A DNA stretch of 64,000 nucleotides from an uncultured virus (IMG/VR IMGVR_UViG_3300009529_000008) (lineage: Duplodnaviria > Heunggongvirae > Uroviricota > Caudoviricetes), in the IMG/VR virus record IMGVR_UViG_3300009529_000008; one strand, given 5' to 3'. Below are positions 1 to 9,355 of this stretch, in pieces. The notes beneath the pieces were generated by a model that was not told where the DNA came from, made no database searches, and saw nothing but the letters and a program-made list of their open reading frames with translations. Positions within the stretch are counted from its first letter, which is position 1; every line of letters begins with the position of its first letter. The translations under genes were made by a program, and so were the position numbers.

Positions 1-78
1 AACTTAAATAAAGAATGAAAAATATTTAATCTGTATATTATTGTACATAGACAACACCATAAAATAATTTTGAATAAT

Positions 79-157
79 TGAAAAAAAAAAAGAAAAATAA
101 AAAAAAAAAAAAAAGGAAGGAAAGAAAAAAAAAAGACAAAAAAAAAAAAAAAAAAAA
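79..157. repeat. Low-complexity poly-A tract
   Basis: About 80 nt of almost pure A with few G/C/T; could be an artefact or a minus-strand T-tract. Confidence 0.7.
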
Positions 158-239
158 CTCATGCTTGTATTGCTGACCAATCTGGTGTGCTTCGCAGGCG
201 GATGGTATATAGGTGGGATGATAGGGTGAAGAAGAGAAA

Positions 240-557
240 ATGACACAAAGGCTGTGGTTTGATATGACCGAAGAGGAATGGCAAAGGGAAAGAGAAGCAT
301 TCGGGAGATGCAGAATAGGTACGTCAAAGAAGAAAGGAGTGAATACTATGGGAACTATATATAGGTGTGTCTGCCCCGATTGTACGGGGTATATATGTTC
401 TAAGCCCGAACCGTTCTCATGGGAAGATGAGCCCGGTGTGAATGGAGAATACTGGGGAGATTGTTGGGTACGTGAATGCGAGAAATTTCTCAATTCTCCA
501 TGTCCACATTATGGTGACGGTGTGGAGAATCAGAGAAAATTCGAGATATATGAATAA
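240..557 (+). CDS. Hypothetical Cys-rich protein
   Basis: ORF on the dominant coding strand with CxCPxC and later Cys/His residues. Confidence 0.4.
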   Translation: MTQRLWFDMTEEEWQREREAFGRCRIGTSKKKGVNTMGTIYRCVCPDCTGYICSKPEPFSWEDEPGVNGEYWGDCWVRECEKFLNSPCPHYGDGVENQRKFEIYE

Positions 558-752
558 AATTGAAGGTACTCAAATAAGAAGTCGCTCATCTTATCTGAGT
601 ACCACTTTACAGTTACTTAAGTAGATGCATAAACATAGAGAGAATGCTTTACAGTATACGCTACTACTTATATGGTCACGTGAGCAGTAAAACAGAAAAA
701 CTTTATCTCTATGGTGCACAATCTACTTGAATAATATTTTTATGGAGAAAGA

Positions 753-1103
753 ATGAAAACTAAAAAGATTGTATTTTGGTTTTGTGGTATGTGGGCTTTT
801 GGTCTTGGATTACGTATGAGCATAGAACTATTGGTTTCAGATGGCTGGGTACATGTACCTCGTAATGCAGGATATGGTGTAAATCTTTGGTTTGATTTTA
901 TACCGTTATGTGTTTTAGGTCTGCTCGTTACAATCTTTTCGACTAATGACATTATAAAAGGAGTAAGAAAAATGAAAAGTGTTAATGAAGTTTTGCCTAT
1001 AATAAAAGAACAAGTGAGAATGGGTATTTTCGAAGCAAAAGAAGAAGGTGTTGAAGAGTTTAAAATAACAAGAGAAAGGAGATTTTGGGTATGGAAAAAA
1101 TAA
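753..1103 (+). CDS. Hypothetical membrane protein
   Basis: Two hydrophobic segments; GGAG upstream of the start. Confidence 0.5.
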   Translation: MKTKKIVFWFCGMWAFGLGLRMSIELLVSDGWVHVPRNAGYGVNLWFDFIPLCVLGLLVTIFSTNDIIKGVRKMKSVNEVLPIIKEQVRMGIFEAKEEGVEEFKITRERRFWVWKK

Positions 1104-1417
1104 CAACAAAAAAAGAATTAGAAGAGAGATTTTTTAAAGCAATAACTAAGTATCATTTACACTTAGCGGGTGCACATAAGAAATACACACCTGATTGGGG
1201 AGCTATTACTGTGTTTCTGACTTTTACGGGAAGAGAATTAGGATTTAATTCTGACGAGTGTGAAGAACTTTTTAGATATGGCATAATAAAGGAGTATGCT
1301 AATACGGCAGGTTTAGACCAAATAGAGATTAAATTAGAAACTCGTAAATTAATGTGTCAAAAAATGAATGATAAACTTAGGAGATTAGGATTTAAGGAGT
1401 TAAGGTGTAGAATATGA
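1085..1417 (+). CDS. Hypothetical protein
   Basis: Stop overlaps the RFC start (ATGA), indicating translational coupling. Confidence 0.55.
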   Translation: MGMEKITTKKELEERFFKAITKYHLHLAGAHKKYTPDWGAITVFLTFTGRELGFNSDECEELFRYGIIKEYANTAGLDQIEIKLETRKLMCQKMNDKLRRLGFKELRCRI

Positions 1418-3453
1418 GTTTACAAAAAAAATATCTTCCAGAAACTTGGGATGAGATAGTTGGTCAGAAGGAAGTAGTAGATATATTGAGCAGTTATAAG
1501 GATATAAAATCTCTACCACACTTAATTTTTATAGGACAATCTGGTGTAGGAAAGACTGCAAGTGCTTATGTATTAGCAAAACAATTAGGTGTGGTAGTTA
1601 AAGAGTTAAATGCGTCTGATTCAAGAGGAATTGATACAATTAGAAATGAGGTGAAGACGATGTTATTTACATCTGGAGAGAGAATTATTTTACTTGATGA
1701 GGCAGACAATCTTTGTCTTCCAAAAGGGACAGAAATTCTTAAAGGTTATGGAACATCTAAAAGTATTGTTCCTATCGAAGAAATACCACAAGACAGATAT
1801 ATTTCAATGCAATCTCTAAATATTGATACAGGAGAAATTGAGAAAGATAAAGGGATGTGTGTTGATTCAGGAATAATTAATTTCTATAAATTAAGTCTTA
1901 TTAATGGAAAAGAATTAATAGCAAGTCCTAATCATCCTTTCTTTACAATAATAAACAATAAAGTTAGAGAGATTAAATTAAAAGATATTAAAGTTGGTGA
2001 TGAGATTTTAGATTATCAGAATGATTTGAAAATAAGAAAGTGTGAGATTTGTGAAAGATTTACTGTAAAAAAAAGATTTTGCTCTGTTAAGTGCCAAGAT
2101 AAAGGACATTCAAATGATATGTCTGGTTCTGGAAACTCAATGTATGGAAAGGAAGCATGGAATAAAGGGAAGTGTATAGAAGATGATATAAGAATAAAGA
2201 AGCAAGGACATCCTGGAGATAGTAATTGTTCAAAAAGACCAGAGGTAAAAGAACAGAGAAGAAACCAGTTTAAGAGTTTTTGGGATTCGTTAGATAGTAA
2301 AGAAAAAGAAACATACCTCAATGAACGTCTTGGTATTTCATGGAATAATAGAAGAGGAAAAACATTTGAAGAATTTTTTGGTGAGAAAAGTGATATTGAA
2401 AGGGCAAAACGAAGTAAATATGGAATTGAAGGATTTAAGGATTCAAATTATAGAAGATATTTAAAAGGAATGAAAATAGTTGAATGTGAATGTTGTCATA
2501 AGAATATAAAGACAAATGGTTCTGATGGAATTTATGTTCATCACAAAGATGGGAATCGTGAAAATAATAAAAGAGAAAATTTAATGTTTGTATGTCCGTA
2601 TTGTCATAATGTAACTATACATGATTTAATATCGCGATTAGTTGAAGGAAGACAAAAAAAAGCGTTGCAAAATAATAGTATTCCAGAAACTATTGGAGAT
2701 TGTCCTGATTTAGTTAAAATAATTAAAGTAGAATATTTTGGTAGAGAAAAAGCATATAATATAACTATGAAGAAGAATAAAAACTTCTTCTTAGGGAATG
2801 GTATTCTAACGCATAATACAAGTGATGCTCAAGCTGCTCTGCGTCGTCCTATGGAATTAGCAAAGTTAAGAACAAAAAATCGAATTATTTTTACTGTAAA
2901 TCGTCCGTGGAAAGTAACTGATGCTTTATATTCAAGATGTACTAATCTTTATTTTAAACCTTTAACCAAAGAAGCACTAATAACAATAATATATCGAGTT
3001 CTCAAACAAGAAGGTTTGAAATTTAAAGATAAAGAAGAAATAAAAAGTGTTATAAATGGTTTAGTTTCTTATTCAAAAGGTGATGCACGGAAGTTATTGG
3101 ATGTAATTGATAATTATTCTCACAGTAAAGAATCCTTGATTCAGTACATTCAAAAGCGAGATGCAGAAGTAAATCAAATTAATGAGATATTTAAGAGAAT
3201 AATCGAGGGACAGTGGCAGGACGCTTTAATGTTGCTCGAAAGTTTCTTAATACAACAACCAACAGTAAATAACTCAGAAATTATTGAATTATTTTATAAA
3301 AGTGTAAAAGATATTGATATACCACCTTTGAAGAAGTTTAGGGTTTATGAAAGACTTGGAGATGTAGAGAAAAATTTAAAGTTGCAATGTTCACCACTTG
3401 TGCAAATCAGTTCATTTTTAGCAAGTGTTCTGGCAGTTGTTCATTATAAGTGA
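1414..3453 (+). CDS. rfcS: Replication factor C small subunit (clamp loader), intein-containing
   Basis: KYLP-x-W-DEIVGQ, Walker A GQSGVGKT, ELNASDSRGID, Walker B DEAD, AQAALRR, SRC, GDARK. Confidence 0.95.
   Translation: MSLQKKYLPETWDEIVGQKEVVDILSSYKDIKSLPHLIFIGQSGVGKTASAYVLAKQLGVVVKELNASDSRGIDTIRNEVKTMLFTSGERIILLDEADNLCLPKGTEILKGYGTSKSIVPIEEIPQDRYISMQSLNIDTGEIEKDKGMCVDSGIINFYKLSLINGKELIASPNHPFFTIINNKVREIKLKDIKVGDEILDYQNDLKIRKCEICERFTVKKRFCSVKCQDKGHSNDMSGSGNSMYGKEAWNKGKCIEDDIRIKKQGHPGDSNCSKRPEVKEQRRNQFKSFWDSLDSKEKETYLNERLGISWNNRRGKTFEEFFGEKSDIERAKRSKYGIEGFKDSNYRRYLKGMKIVECECCHKNIKTNGSDGIYVHHKDGNRENNKRENLMFVCPYCHNVTIHDLISRLVEGRQKKALQNNSIPETIGDCPDLVKIIKVEYFGREKAYNITMKKNKNFFLGNGILTHNTSDAQAALRRPMELAKLRTKNRIIFTVNRPWKVTDALYSRCTNLYFKPLTKEALITIIYRVLKQEGLKFKDKEEIKSVINGLVSYSKGDARKLLDVIDNYSHSKESLIQYIQKRDAEVNQINEIFKRIIEGQWQDALMLLESFLIQQPTVNNSEIIELFYKSVKDIDIPPLKKFRVYERLGDVEKNLKLQCSPLVQISSFLASVLAVVHYK
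1714..2817 (+). mobile_element. Intein (368 aa) with NUMOD3-like motifs and an HNH endonuclease
   Basis: Starts CLPKGT after DEADNL; block B ASPNHPF; ends GILTHN followed by +1 Thr; internal SGSGNSMYGK-AWNKG and CECC...VHHKDGN..NN...NL..VCPYCH. Confidence 0.92.
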
Positions 3454-3479
3454 TTTTAAATATAGAAAAATATAACTAA

Positions 3480-3492
3480 AAAGGTTTATATA
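3480..3492 (+). promoter_or_regulatory. Archaeal BRE/TATA promoter
   Basis: AAAGGTTTATATA about 40 nt upstream of the ATG at 3534. Confidence 0.55.
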
Positions 3493-3533
3493 GACCAAAC
3501 CTAATTAATATTATAAAGGTTAGATAATAAAGT

Positions 3534-3968
3534 ATGGTTAAAATAACAGATGAAGTATTGGGAAAAATGCAGGAGATGCGCAGAAGTGGGGCGGGTTATG
3601 ACGAAATACAGAAAGTATTAAATATTAGTAAATGGTCATGTATAAATTACTTACGAGGAATAAAAGTAACAAAATCAGCGGTAGAAAAAGCATGGCGTAA
3701 GGCAGAAAAGGATGCATCAGATTACTTATCCCTAAATGGTTTTGAAGAATTACATGATTTAAATAAAATTTGCCCTTCACCGTATTGGGATATACTCGGT
3801 AAGAAAAAAGAACAATGGTGGTTAATAGACGTTACAATATCACAAGGAAAAAGAATTGGTGCGAAAATTCCTTATTTTATTGATGGTTATATTCATGCAG
3901 TTCTTTATAGAAATTTAAATAATAATGAATGGAAATTAGTAAAATTATCCTATGAAGTGATAGAATAA
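3534..3968 (+). CDS. N-terminal HTH plus PD-(D/E)XK (Hjc-like) nuclease-fold protein
   Basis: HTH-like MRRSGAGYDEIQKVLNISKWSC; AE...YL..NGF...WDILGKK...LIDV. Confidence 0.55.
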   Translation: MVKITDEVLGKMQEMRRSGAGYDEIQKVLNISKWSCINYLRGIKVTKSAVEKAWRKAEKDASDYLSLNGFEELHDLNKICPSPYWDILGKKKEQWWLIDVTISQGKRIGAKIPYFIDGYIHAVLYRNLNNNEWKLVKLSYEVIE

Positions 3969-3992
3969 TGATATATTATAAGGAGAAATAAA

Positions 3993-4169
3993 ATGGAAAC
4001 AGGAATATATATAAGAGTTTGTTTAGAAGGAAAGTGGCAGAGTATTGATATTGGTGATGAGCAATTACCTGATGAAGAAGTTTGTGAATGGTTGCGAACG
4101 GGAGGAAACAATCCTTTAGCTGAAAATATAGTTATGGAATTTCTTGGAAGGAAGAGGTGTGAAAGATGA
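3993..4169 (+). CDS. Small hypothetical protein (58 aa, below ORF-track cutoff)
   Basis: AGGAG upstream; METGIYIRVCLEGKWQSIDI...; stop overlaps the next start. Confidence 0.6.
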   Translation: METGIYIRVCLEGKWQSIDIGDEQLPDEEVCEWLRTGGNNPLAENIVMEFLGRKRCER

Positions 4170-4432
4170 GAGAAGTACCCGAACCAGTTAAGAAAATGCT
4201 AAATAAGTATGGCAATGAATTTAAAGAAGTTTTTAACACTACACTTGGTCGGTTCACAGGCAAGCTATGGATGGTTGGAATTGCAGACTTTGACTTAGCA
4301 AAGTTTGATAAATACATGGAGACAAGAAGGAATTATGATGAAAGAGATATTAGTCTCGCCGACTTTGTTGAAGAGAGATACGGGAAAAGAGGTAAAGAAT
4401 TAATTGAAGAATTAATAGATATGGAGGTGTAA
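4166..4432 (+). CDS. Hypothetical protein
   Basis: Coupled ORF in an operon-like run. Confidence 0.6.
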   Translation: MREVPEPVKKMLNKYGNEFKEVFNTTLGRFTGKLWMVGIADFDLAKFDKYMETRRNYDERDISLADFVEERYGKRGKELIEELIDMEV

Positions 4433-4435
4433 AAA

Positions 4436-4636
4436 ATGATTGATAGAAAATGGGATGCACCTTTGAAAACACTGATAGGAAAACAAATCAAATCTATAAG
4501 AGCACATGTTGTTGACGATGATTTTGATATCGTTTTTACAGATGGAACTGTAATTTGTTTTTACAGTAAAGACGGAATAATGTACAGCATTGAAAAAGAC
4601 GGTGAATATAACGAAGAAACAAGTTATGAGATATGA
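4436..4636 (+). CDS. Hypothetical protein
   Basis: GGAGGTG SD; LIGKQIKSI...IVFTDG. Confidence 0.55.
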   Translation: MIDRKWDAPLKTLIGKQIKSIRAHVVDDDFDIVFTDGTVICFYSKDGIMYSIEKDGEYNEETSYEI

Positions 4637-4828
4637 GTAGAAGGAAAAGGAGTTGTTTGGGTGGGATAAAATGAAAAGAGAAGATGGATATTATTGGGTA
4701 AGATTGAAAGGTTGTTTTAATGGTTGGCAACCAGCGCAATGGAGTAGAGATGTATGGTGGACACTTGGTTGTGAAATTGATTATGATGATGAAAATATTA
4801 TAGAAGTGGGTGAGAAGATTATTAAGAA

Positions 4829-5542
4829 ATGATAAACATTTTACCATTATCACCTTCGAGTTTTTCAACTTTTCAAACTTGTCCTTTTAAGTTTTTTTGC
4901 CAAAAAAACCCAAATATTATCCCATTACCACAGAAAGATAATGTTTATGCTATTTTCGGAAAAAATCTGCATAAACTTATTCAGAAATACTATTTAAAGG
5001 TTATGCAAACCAAAGAATTTTCTACTGATAATATTCATCCAACTTTAAGCACTACTATCGGAGAGCAAACACCTAAACTTGGTATTGAGAACATTAATAA
5101 AGGCTATACAACTCATCTTAGAAACTTTGAAGACTTTGAAGAGGATAGAATTAAGAATAAGTGGAAGGTATTGGATGTAGAGAAAAGAATTGTTAGCAAA
5201 GGTTTAAAAGGGTTTATAGATGCTATTTTCAGAGATTCAGATGGTAAGATAATTGTAGTGGATTGGAAAACAGGTAAATGGAGAGATGAATTTTTGATGC
5301 AAGGACATATTTATAAGTTACTCTCAAGAGCTGATAAGGTGGTGTTCTTTCAAACTTTAAACGGTATCGAACATAAGTTAAAAGGAAAGGATTTGATGAA
5401 AGGTAAGAATACGGCTCAAGATATTTTAGAACAGATGAAACAAGGAATTAACGAAAGGAGAAAAAACAGATTTTGCGGAGACTGCGAATTTGGGTTGTAC
5501 TGTTCACTTTCAGAAATTGGAATGAAATTAGGAGAAATATAA
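4829..5542 (+). CDS. Cas4/RecB-like PD-(D/E)XK exonuclease with Fe-S cysteines
   Basis: LSPSS...CP, G..LH, E...GFIDA...VVDWKTG, Q...Y, C-terminal CxxCxxxxxC. Confidence 0.88.
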   Translation: MINILPLSPSSFSTFQTCPFKFFCQKNPNIIPLPQKDNVYAIFGKNLHKLIQKYYLKVMQTKEFSTDNIHPTLSTTIGEQTPKLGIENINKGYTTHLRNFEDFEEDRIKNKWKVLDVEKRIVSKGLKGFIDAIFRDSDGKIIVVDWKTGKWRDEFLMQGHIYKLLSRADKVVFFQTLNGIEHKLKGKDLMKGKNTAQDILEQMKQGINERRKNRFCGDCEFGLYCSLSEIGMKLGEI

Positions 5543-5635
5543 TGAAAGATAAGTTGGAAAAAGCAAAAGATATAGTTGCAGATGTATGGTACGAAACTAA
5601 TGTAGATAGAGTGGAGGTTTTATTAAAGTAATAAA

Positions 5636-5881
5636 ATGGAGGAAAAACAGATGAGAAAAATATTTGGCTACTATTTAATCTTAGTAGCGGGAATTAGTAT
5701 TATAGTAATTAGTCTTTTGTTAATGAGATTATTAAGTGGTTTTTTACCGTGTGATAACTCAATACCAAACGCTATTTATGGGTTAGGAATAATTTGTGGA
5801 TTTTATATTTCGTGGGTAGCACGCTTTAGTGTATTTTTGCTTAGTAGATATAAAATGGTTGAAAAGGAGATGAGAAAATAA
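5636..5881 (+). CDS. Small membrane protein (2 TM)
   Basis: Two hydrophobic helices. Confidence 0.55.
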   Translation: MEEKQMRKIFGYYLILVAGISIIVISLLLMRLLSGFLPCDNSIPNAIYGLGIICGFYISWVARFSVFLLSRYKMVEKEMRK

Positions 5882-6081
5882 TGGATAAAAATAAAAAATC
5901 AGGAGAGAAAAGAGGAATTATTTATCAATTTTTATTTGGTTTGTGGTTTTTATTTGGAATGCTTGCAATGGTATGGTTTGTGTATAATGTGGGTTTTGTA
6001 CCAGTGTTTATTGCAATGCTCATTATATCTATTGTATTGTTTGTAATTTTATTGTATCCAGTAAGCAAAAAAACAGGATGA
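5881..6081 (+). CDS. Small membrane protein (2 TM)
   Basis: Two hydrophobic helices; coupled to the previous gene. Confidence 0.55.
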   Translation: MDKNKKSGEKRGIIYQFLFGLWFLFGMLAMVWFVYNVGFVPVFIAMLIISIVLFVILLYPVSKKTG

Positions 6082-6084
6082 GAA

Positions 6085-6375
6085 ATGAAAAGAATATGCA
6101 AGACTTGTCTTCAAGAGTTTGATGGTGCAGATTGGATGAAGCAGTGTTATGATTGCTATAAAAACTTTAAAGGGTTGAAGAGGATACAATTGTTAGGAGA
6201 AACAGGGTTTACGCAAGGTATTTTCATAGTAACACATCCAGACGTTACTAAAGATGAGATAGATGAATATATAAAGAAACGATTTGGTTCTGTTCATACT
6301 CCAGAAAATTGGGGTGCAGTAGAAGTCCCACGCAAAAAAATGAAATTATGGTGGAATTGTCAAAATAGTGATTAG
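6085..6375 (+). CDS. Zn-ribbon hypothetical protein
   Basis: CKTC...CYDC at the N-terminus. Confidence 0.55.
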   Translation: MKRICKTCLQEFDGADWMKQCYDCYKNFKGLKRIQLLGETGFTQGIFIVTHPDVTKDEIDEYIKKRFGSVHTPENWGAVEVPRKKMKLWWNCQNSD

Positions 6376-7156
6376 AAGAGATATAAAAATGAATTTAATA
6401 TCAACTGAAAAACAAACTAAAGAAGCGAATAGCTGGCTCAAAATATGGAAGCGTCAGAAAAAGAAAGCATTAATCCTTTGGGGGCACGTAGGCACCGGTA
6501 AAACTACACTTGCTTATCAAATAGCAGAAAAATACAATTACAGTGTAGTTGAATTTAATGCTTCTGATTTGAGAAACAAAGAGTTTATGCAGAAATTGAA
6601 AAATATTTCATTGCAAAGTTCGTTTGAACCTACGTTGATATTATTAGAAGAAATTGATACCACAGAAGCGAGAATTAGCGAATTGAAAGCTGTTATAGAG
6701 AAAACACAGAAACCTATTATTCTTATTTCAAACTATTACAATAAAATACAAAGCATAATCAAAATTTGTAAGGTTATTCGATTTTATAAACCAAAATTAT
6801 CGGATTTAACGAAATTAGAAGGTTCTGATTTAGTGAAGTTATCTGATTCTGGAGCAAGTGATTTCAGGCAAGCGATAGCAATTGGACAAGGTTCTCAAGG
6901 ATATATAGCTACTTCTGATTCTAAGCGAGAGAGATTAACTGAAATGATTAGAAGTGGGCATTATGAGAAGCTGGATAACGTAGATATAACTTTTTTATTA
7001 GATTCTTCTGTTGATTTATACGGATTTGGTTTATATGAATGGATAAAAGCACTAAGTTGTTGGGACATCTGCAAAAAAGAGATGGTATTAGAAGGATTAA
7101 AACCAGAAATGGATATTAAGGAATTTTATTATTCAAAGAAGAGAATGGAAAAATGA
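6368..7156 (+). CDS. rfcL: RFC large subunit-like AAA+ ATPase (compact)
   Basis: KKALILWGHVGTGKTT, VVEFNASDLR, ILLEEID, PIILISN, DFRQAI. Confidence 0.8.
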   Translation: MIRRDIKMNLISTEKQTKEANSWLKIWKRQKKKALILWGHVGTGKTTLAYQIAEKYNYSVVEFNASDLRNKEFMQKLKNISLQSSFEPTLILLEEIDTTEARISELKAVIEKTQKPIILISNYYNKIQSIIKICKVIRFYKPKLSDLTKLEGSDLVKLSDSGASDFRQAIAIGQGSQGYIATSDSKRERLTEMIRSGHYEKLDNVDITFLLDSSVDLYGFGLYEWIKALSCWDICKKEMVLEGLKPEMDIKEFYYSKKRMEK

Positions 7157-7593
7157 AAGAACCAATAAAAAGTCATATCAAAGAGATAGAAGACAGTGTT
7201 GATTACAGAGGCAAAATTAGGTGTTTCATACACAAAACAGATAATGATGAATATGAAGAGTTTGAAACAGTTGTATTTGATGATTGTTTGATTTCTGACG
7301 TCCCTGATTGGCATTATGATAAAGAATCCTTATCTATGGAGATTGATAATATTGGATTATATGGGTTTGAGGATTCGATAAAGGATATACTTAAGGAATA
7401 TCCTGTGGACAGTTATATAGAAATAGTTGCTGATGCTTTCATTAAATATACTTTCGATAGTTATTATAATGAACCTGATGCAGAAATGTGGTTTGAAAAT
7501 ATAAAACATCGTGAGTTAAATGAGTACCAAGTATTAAGATTTGTAAAAAAGGGGGATGGAAAACAAAATAACTTAGGAGAGGTAGAAAAATGA
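7153..7593 (+). CDS. Acidic hypothetical protein
   Basis: Coupled ORF, D/E-rich. Confidence 0.55.
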   Translation: MKEPIKSHIKEIEDSVDYRGKIRCFIHKTDNDEYEEFETVVFDDCLISDVPDWHYDKESLSMEIDNIGLYGFEDSIKDILKEYPVDSYIEIVADAFIKYTFDSYYNEPDAEMWFENIKHRELNEYQVLRFVKKGDGKQNNLGEVEK

Positions 7594-7802
7594 GGAAAAT
7601 GTATTGGATTTCAATGTTAGTTGGAATTTTATTTATTTTTACAATTACAATAATGATTGAATCTCTTGTGAGTTACTATGATGAAGTAAAGTTTAGAGGA
7701 GTTTATGGTCTTGGAATTATGGTTGGAATTATTCTTAACTCTTTATTTCAAGAAATTATCTTTTGGAAGGAAAAAAGACTTAGAAGAAAAAAAGAAAAAT
7801 GA
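7590..7802 (+). CDS. Small membrane protein (2 TM)
   Basis: Two hydrophobic helices and a basic tail. Confidence 0.5.
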   Translation: MRKMYWISMLVGILFIFTITIMIESLVSYYDEVKFRGVYGLGIMVGIILNSLFQEIIFWKEKRLRRKKEK

Positions 7803-8047
7803 GTGAAAAAATAATAGAAGAAAAGCTAAATATCTTAAATAAGCAAGTATTAAGATTATGGATTCTTCAGATATGTTGGACTATACTATTAATAATGTAT
7901 CTTAGAGGAATGATATAAAATGAATTCTGAATTAGAAAAGTTAGAATCTGTTAGTGAGAAAAGTCAAGCAATCGGTGAATTTTTAGAATGGTTATTTGGT
8001 TCTAAAACTAAATTAGTGGAGAGAGTAAGGGGAGAAGAAAAAGAAAA

Positions 8048-8977
8048 ATGAGAGAAGAAGATATACCTTCAGAGGTTTTTGAAGGATATATAAAAAAAAT
8101 TAGTGGAACACGCCAGATATCGGTTGAAGAACTGATAAGTGAATACGAAAAGATATTGAACAGGGATAGTATGAAAAGATGGAAAGTACCTGAAGAAGAG
8201 AAAAAGAAAGTTGCTGGTAAAATATTGTTTAAAGACTTTATGTCCAAAGAACTAGCAACGACTTATTCAATGTTAATTCCTTTTGGAACAACAGAACCAC
8301 GGCTAAAAAAAGATGCAGAAGATAAAATAGAGAACATGCGTTCAACTATGTTTACTACTGTTAAAGTTAGTAAGGTTAAAGACGGTAAGAAAACCGAGAG
8401 TTTCGAAGTGAAGGAAGTACTTTTCAATGGAAAGTTTGCATCAATGGTTCAGAAGATACAGATGATAAGAGCGTACTCAAATGTAAAGCTTTATGATAGA
8501 GGATATTTTACTGAAGTTGGAGATGATACCAAGTTTGATAATCCACAGAAACTTAAAATGTCAGAGGAGGACTTTATAACGAAAATATGCAAATTACCAA
8601 AGCTGGACAAGCTTTCAGATGTGGTTACGCATAAATCAAAAAGACAAGGAGAAACTATATATGCTGATAAGACAGATATGTTTTTGATTGAGGGAATGGT
8701 GCAGAGAGGGTTTAAAAAAGGTTATGCGATAAAGGACGAATCTTTACCTTATGAAGAAAAACTCGTAAAAATTGGAGATGAAAGTATTATCTTACCACAA
8801 ACACTCACGGTTTGGATACCATCTCGATTCTATAAATGGGACGAGGACTCAGAGTTAGCATTTTTGGGAACGATAGATATTGGTTGGAATGACAAGAAAC
8901 CAGTTATGAGAGCTGTATTAGTATATCCCGCTGGGTATGTATGCGAGTTGCATCAAGGTGAAAAGAAGGAGAAATAA
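8048..8977 (+). CDS. Probable ssDNA-binding protein (RPA-like, two OB folds)
   Basis: N-terminal helical part, then beta-rich segments (LIEGMV...AIKDES...LTVW...LAFLGTI); replication context. Confidence 0.45.
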   Translation: MREEDIPSEVFEGYIKKISGTRQISVEELISEYEKILNRDSMKRWKVPEEEKKKVAGKILFKDFMSKELATTYSMLIPFGTTEPRLKKDAEDKIENMRSTMFTTVKVSKVKDGKKTESFEVKEVLFNGKFASMVQKIQMIRAYSNVKLYDRGYFTEVGDDTKFDNPQKLKMSEEDFITKICKLPKLDKLSDVVTHKSKRQGETIYADKTDMFLIEGMVQRGFKKGYAIKDESLPYEEKLVKIGDESIILPQTLTVWIPSRFYKWDEDSELAFLGTIDIGWNDKKPVMRAVLVYPAGYVCELHQGEKKEK

Positions 8978-8978
8978 A

Positions 8979-9155
8979 ATGGCTGAACAACAACATTATG
9001 CACAAAACAAATTAAGAGAAGCAAAGCTTATTGTGCATGAGGTATTAACTAGAGCAAAAGATGTAAAGCCACAAGAAGATGTGGCATTAATAGTAGGAGA
9101 TTTAGAGCGAGTTATAGGCATCTTAAACTTTTGGGAGGAAACAAAAGATGAATAA
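8979..9155 (+). CDS. Hypothetical helical protein
   Basis: ATG after AGGAG; coupled run. Confidence 0.5.
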   Translation: MAEQQHYAQNKLREAKLIVHEVLTRAKDVKPQEDVALIVGDLERVIGILNFWEETKDE

Positions 9156-9348
9156 AGAGGTAAACAAAGTACTTACTGACTTAGAAATACAAACATTAAA
9201 AAGTATGAGTTTATACTGGGAAGAAGTAAGAAAAAGAGACGATACAAGCCCTTTGTATCATGAAATCGCACAGATACATAGAATGTTAGGAACTAAGATA
9301 TTGTTTGTAATAGAACATTATATTGAATTATTAGAGACGGAGGAATGA
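9148..9348 (+). CDS. Hypothetical protein
   Basis: GGAGG SD; coupled run. Confidence 0.5.
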   Translation: MNKEVNKVLTDLEIQTLKSMSLYWEEVRKRDDTSPLYHEIAQIHRMLGTKILFVIEHYIELLETEE

Positions 9349-9355
9349 ATAAAAA

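Noticed and set aside
1..160. Possible linear-genome terminus or inverted terminal repeat
   Set aside because: The other end is not in the window, and the A-tract may be a sequencing artefact
4..493. Minus-strand ORFs with poly-Phe
   Set aside because: They are translations of the poly-A tract, antisense to the coding strand
4829..5542. CRISPR-associated cas4
   Set aside because: No cas1, cas2 or repeat-spacer array seen; solo Cas4-like nucleases are common in archaeal viruses
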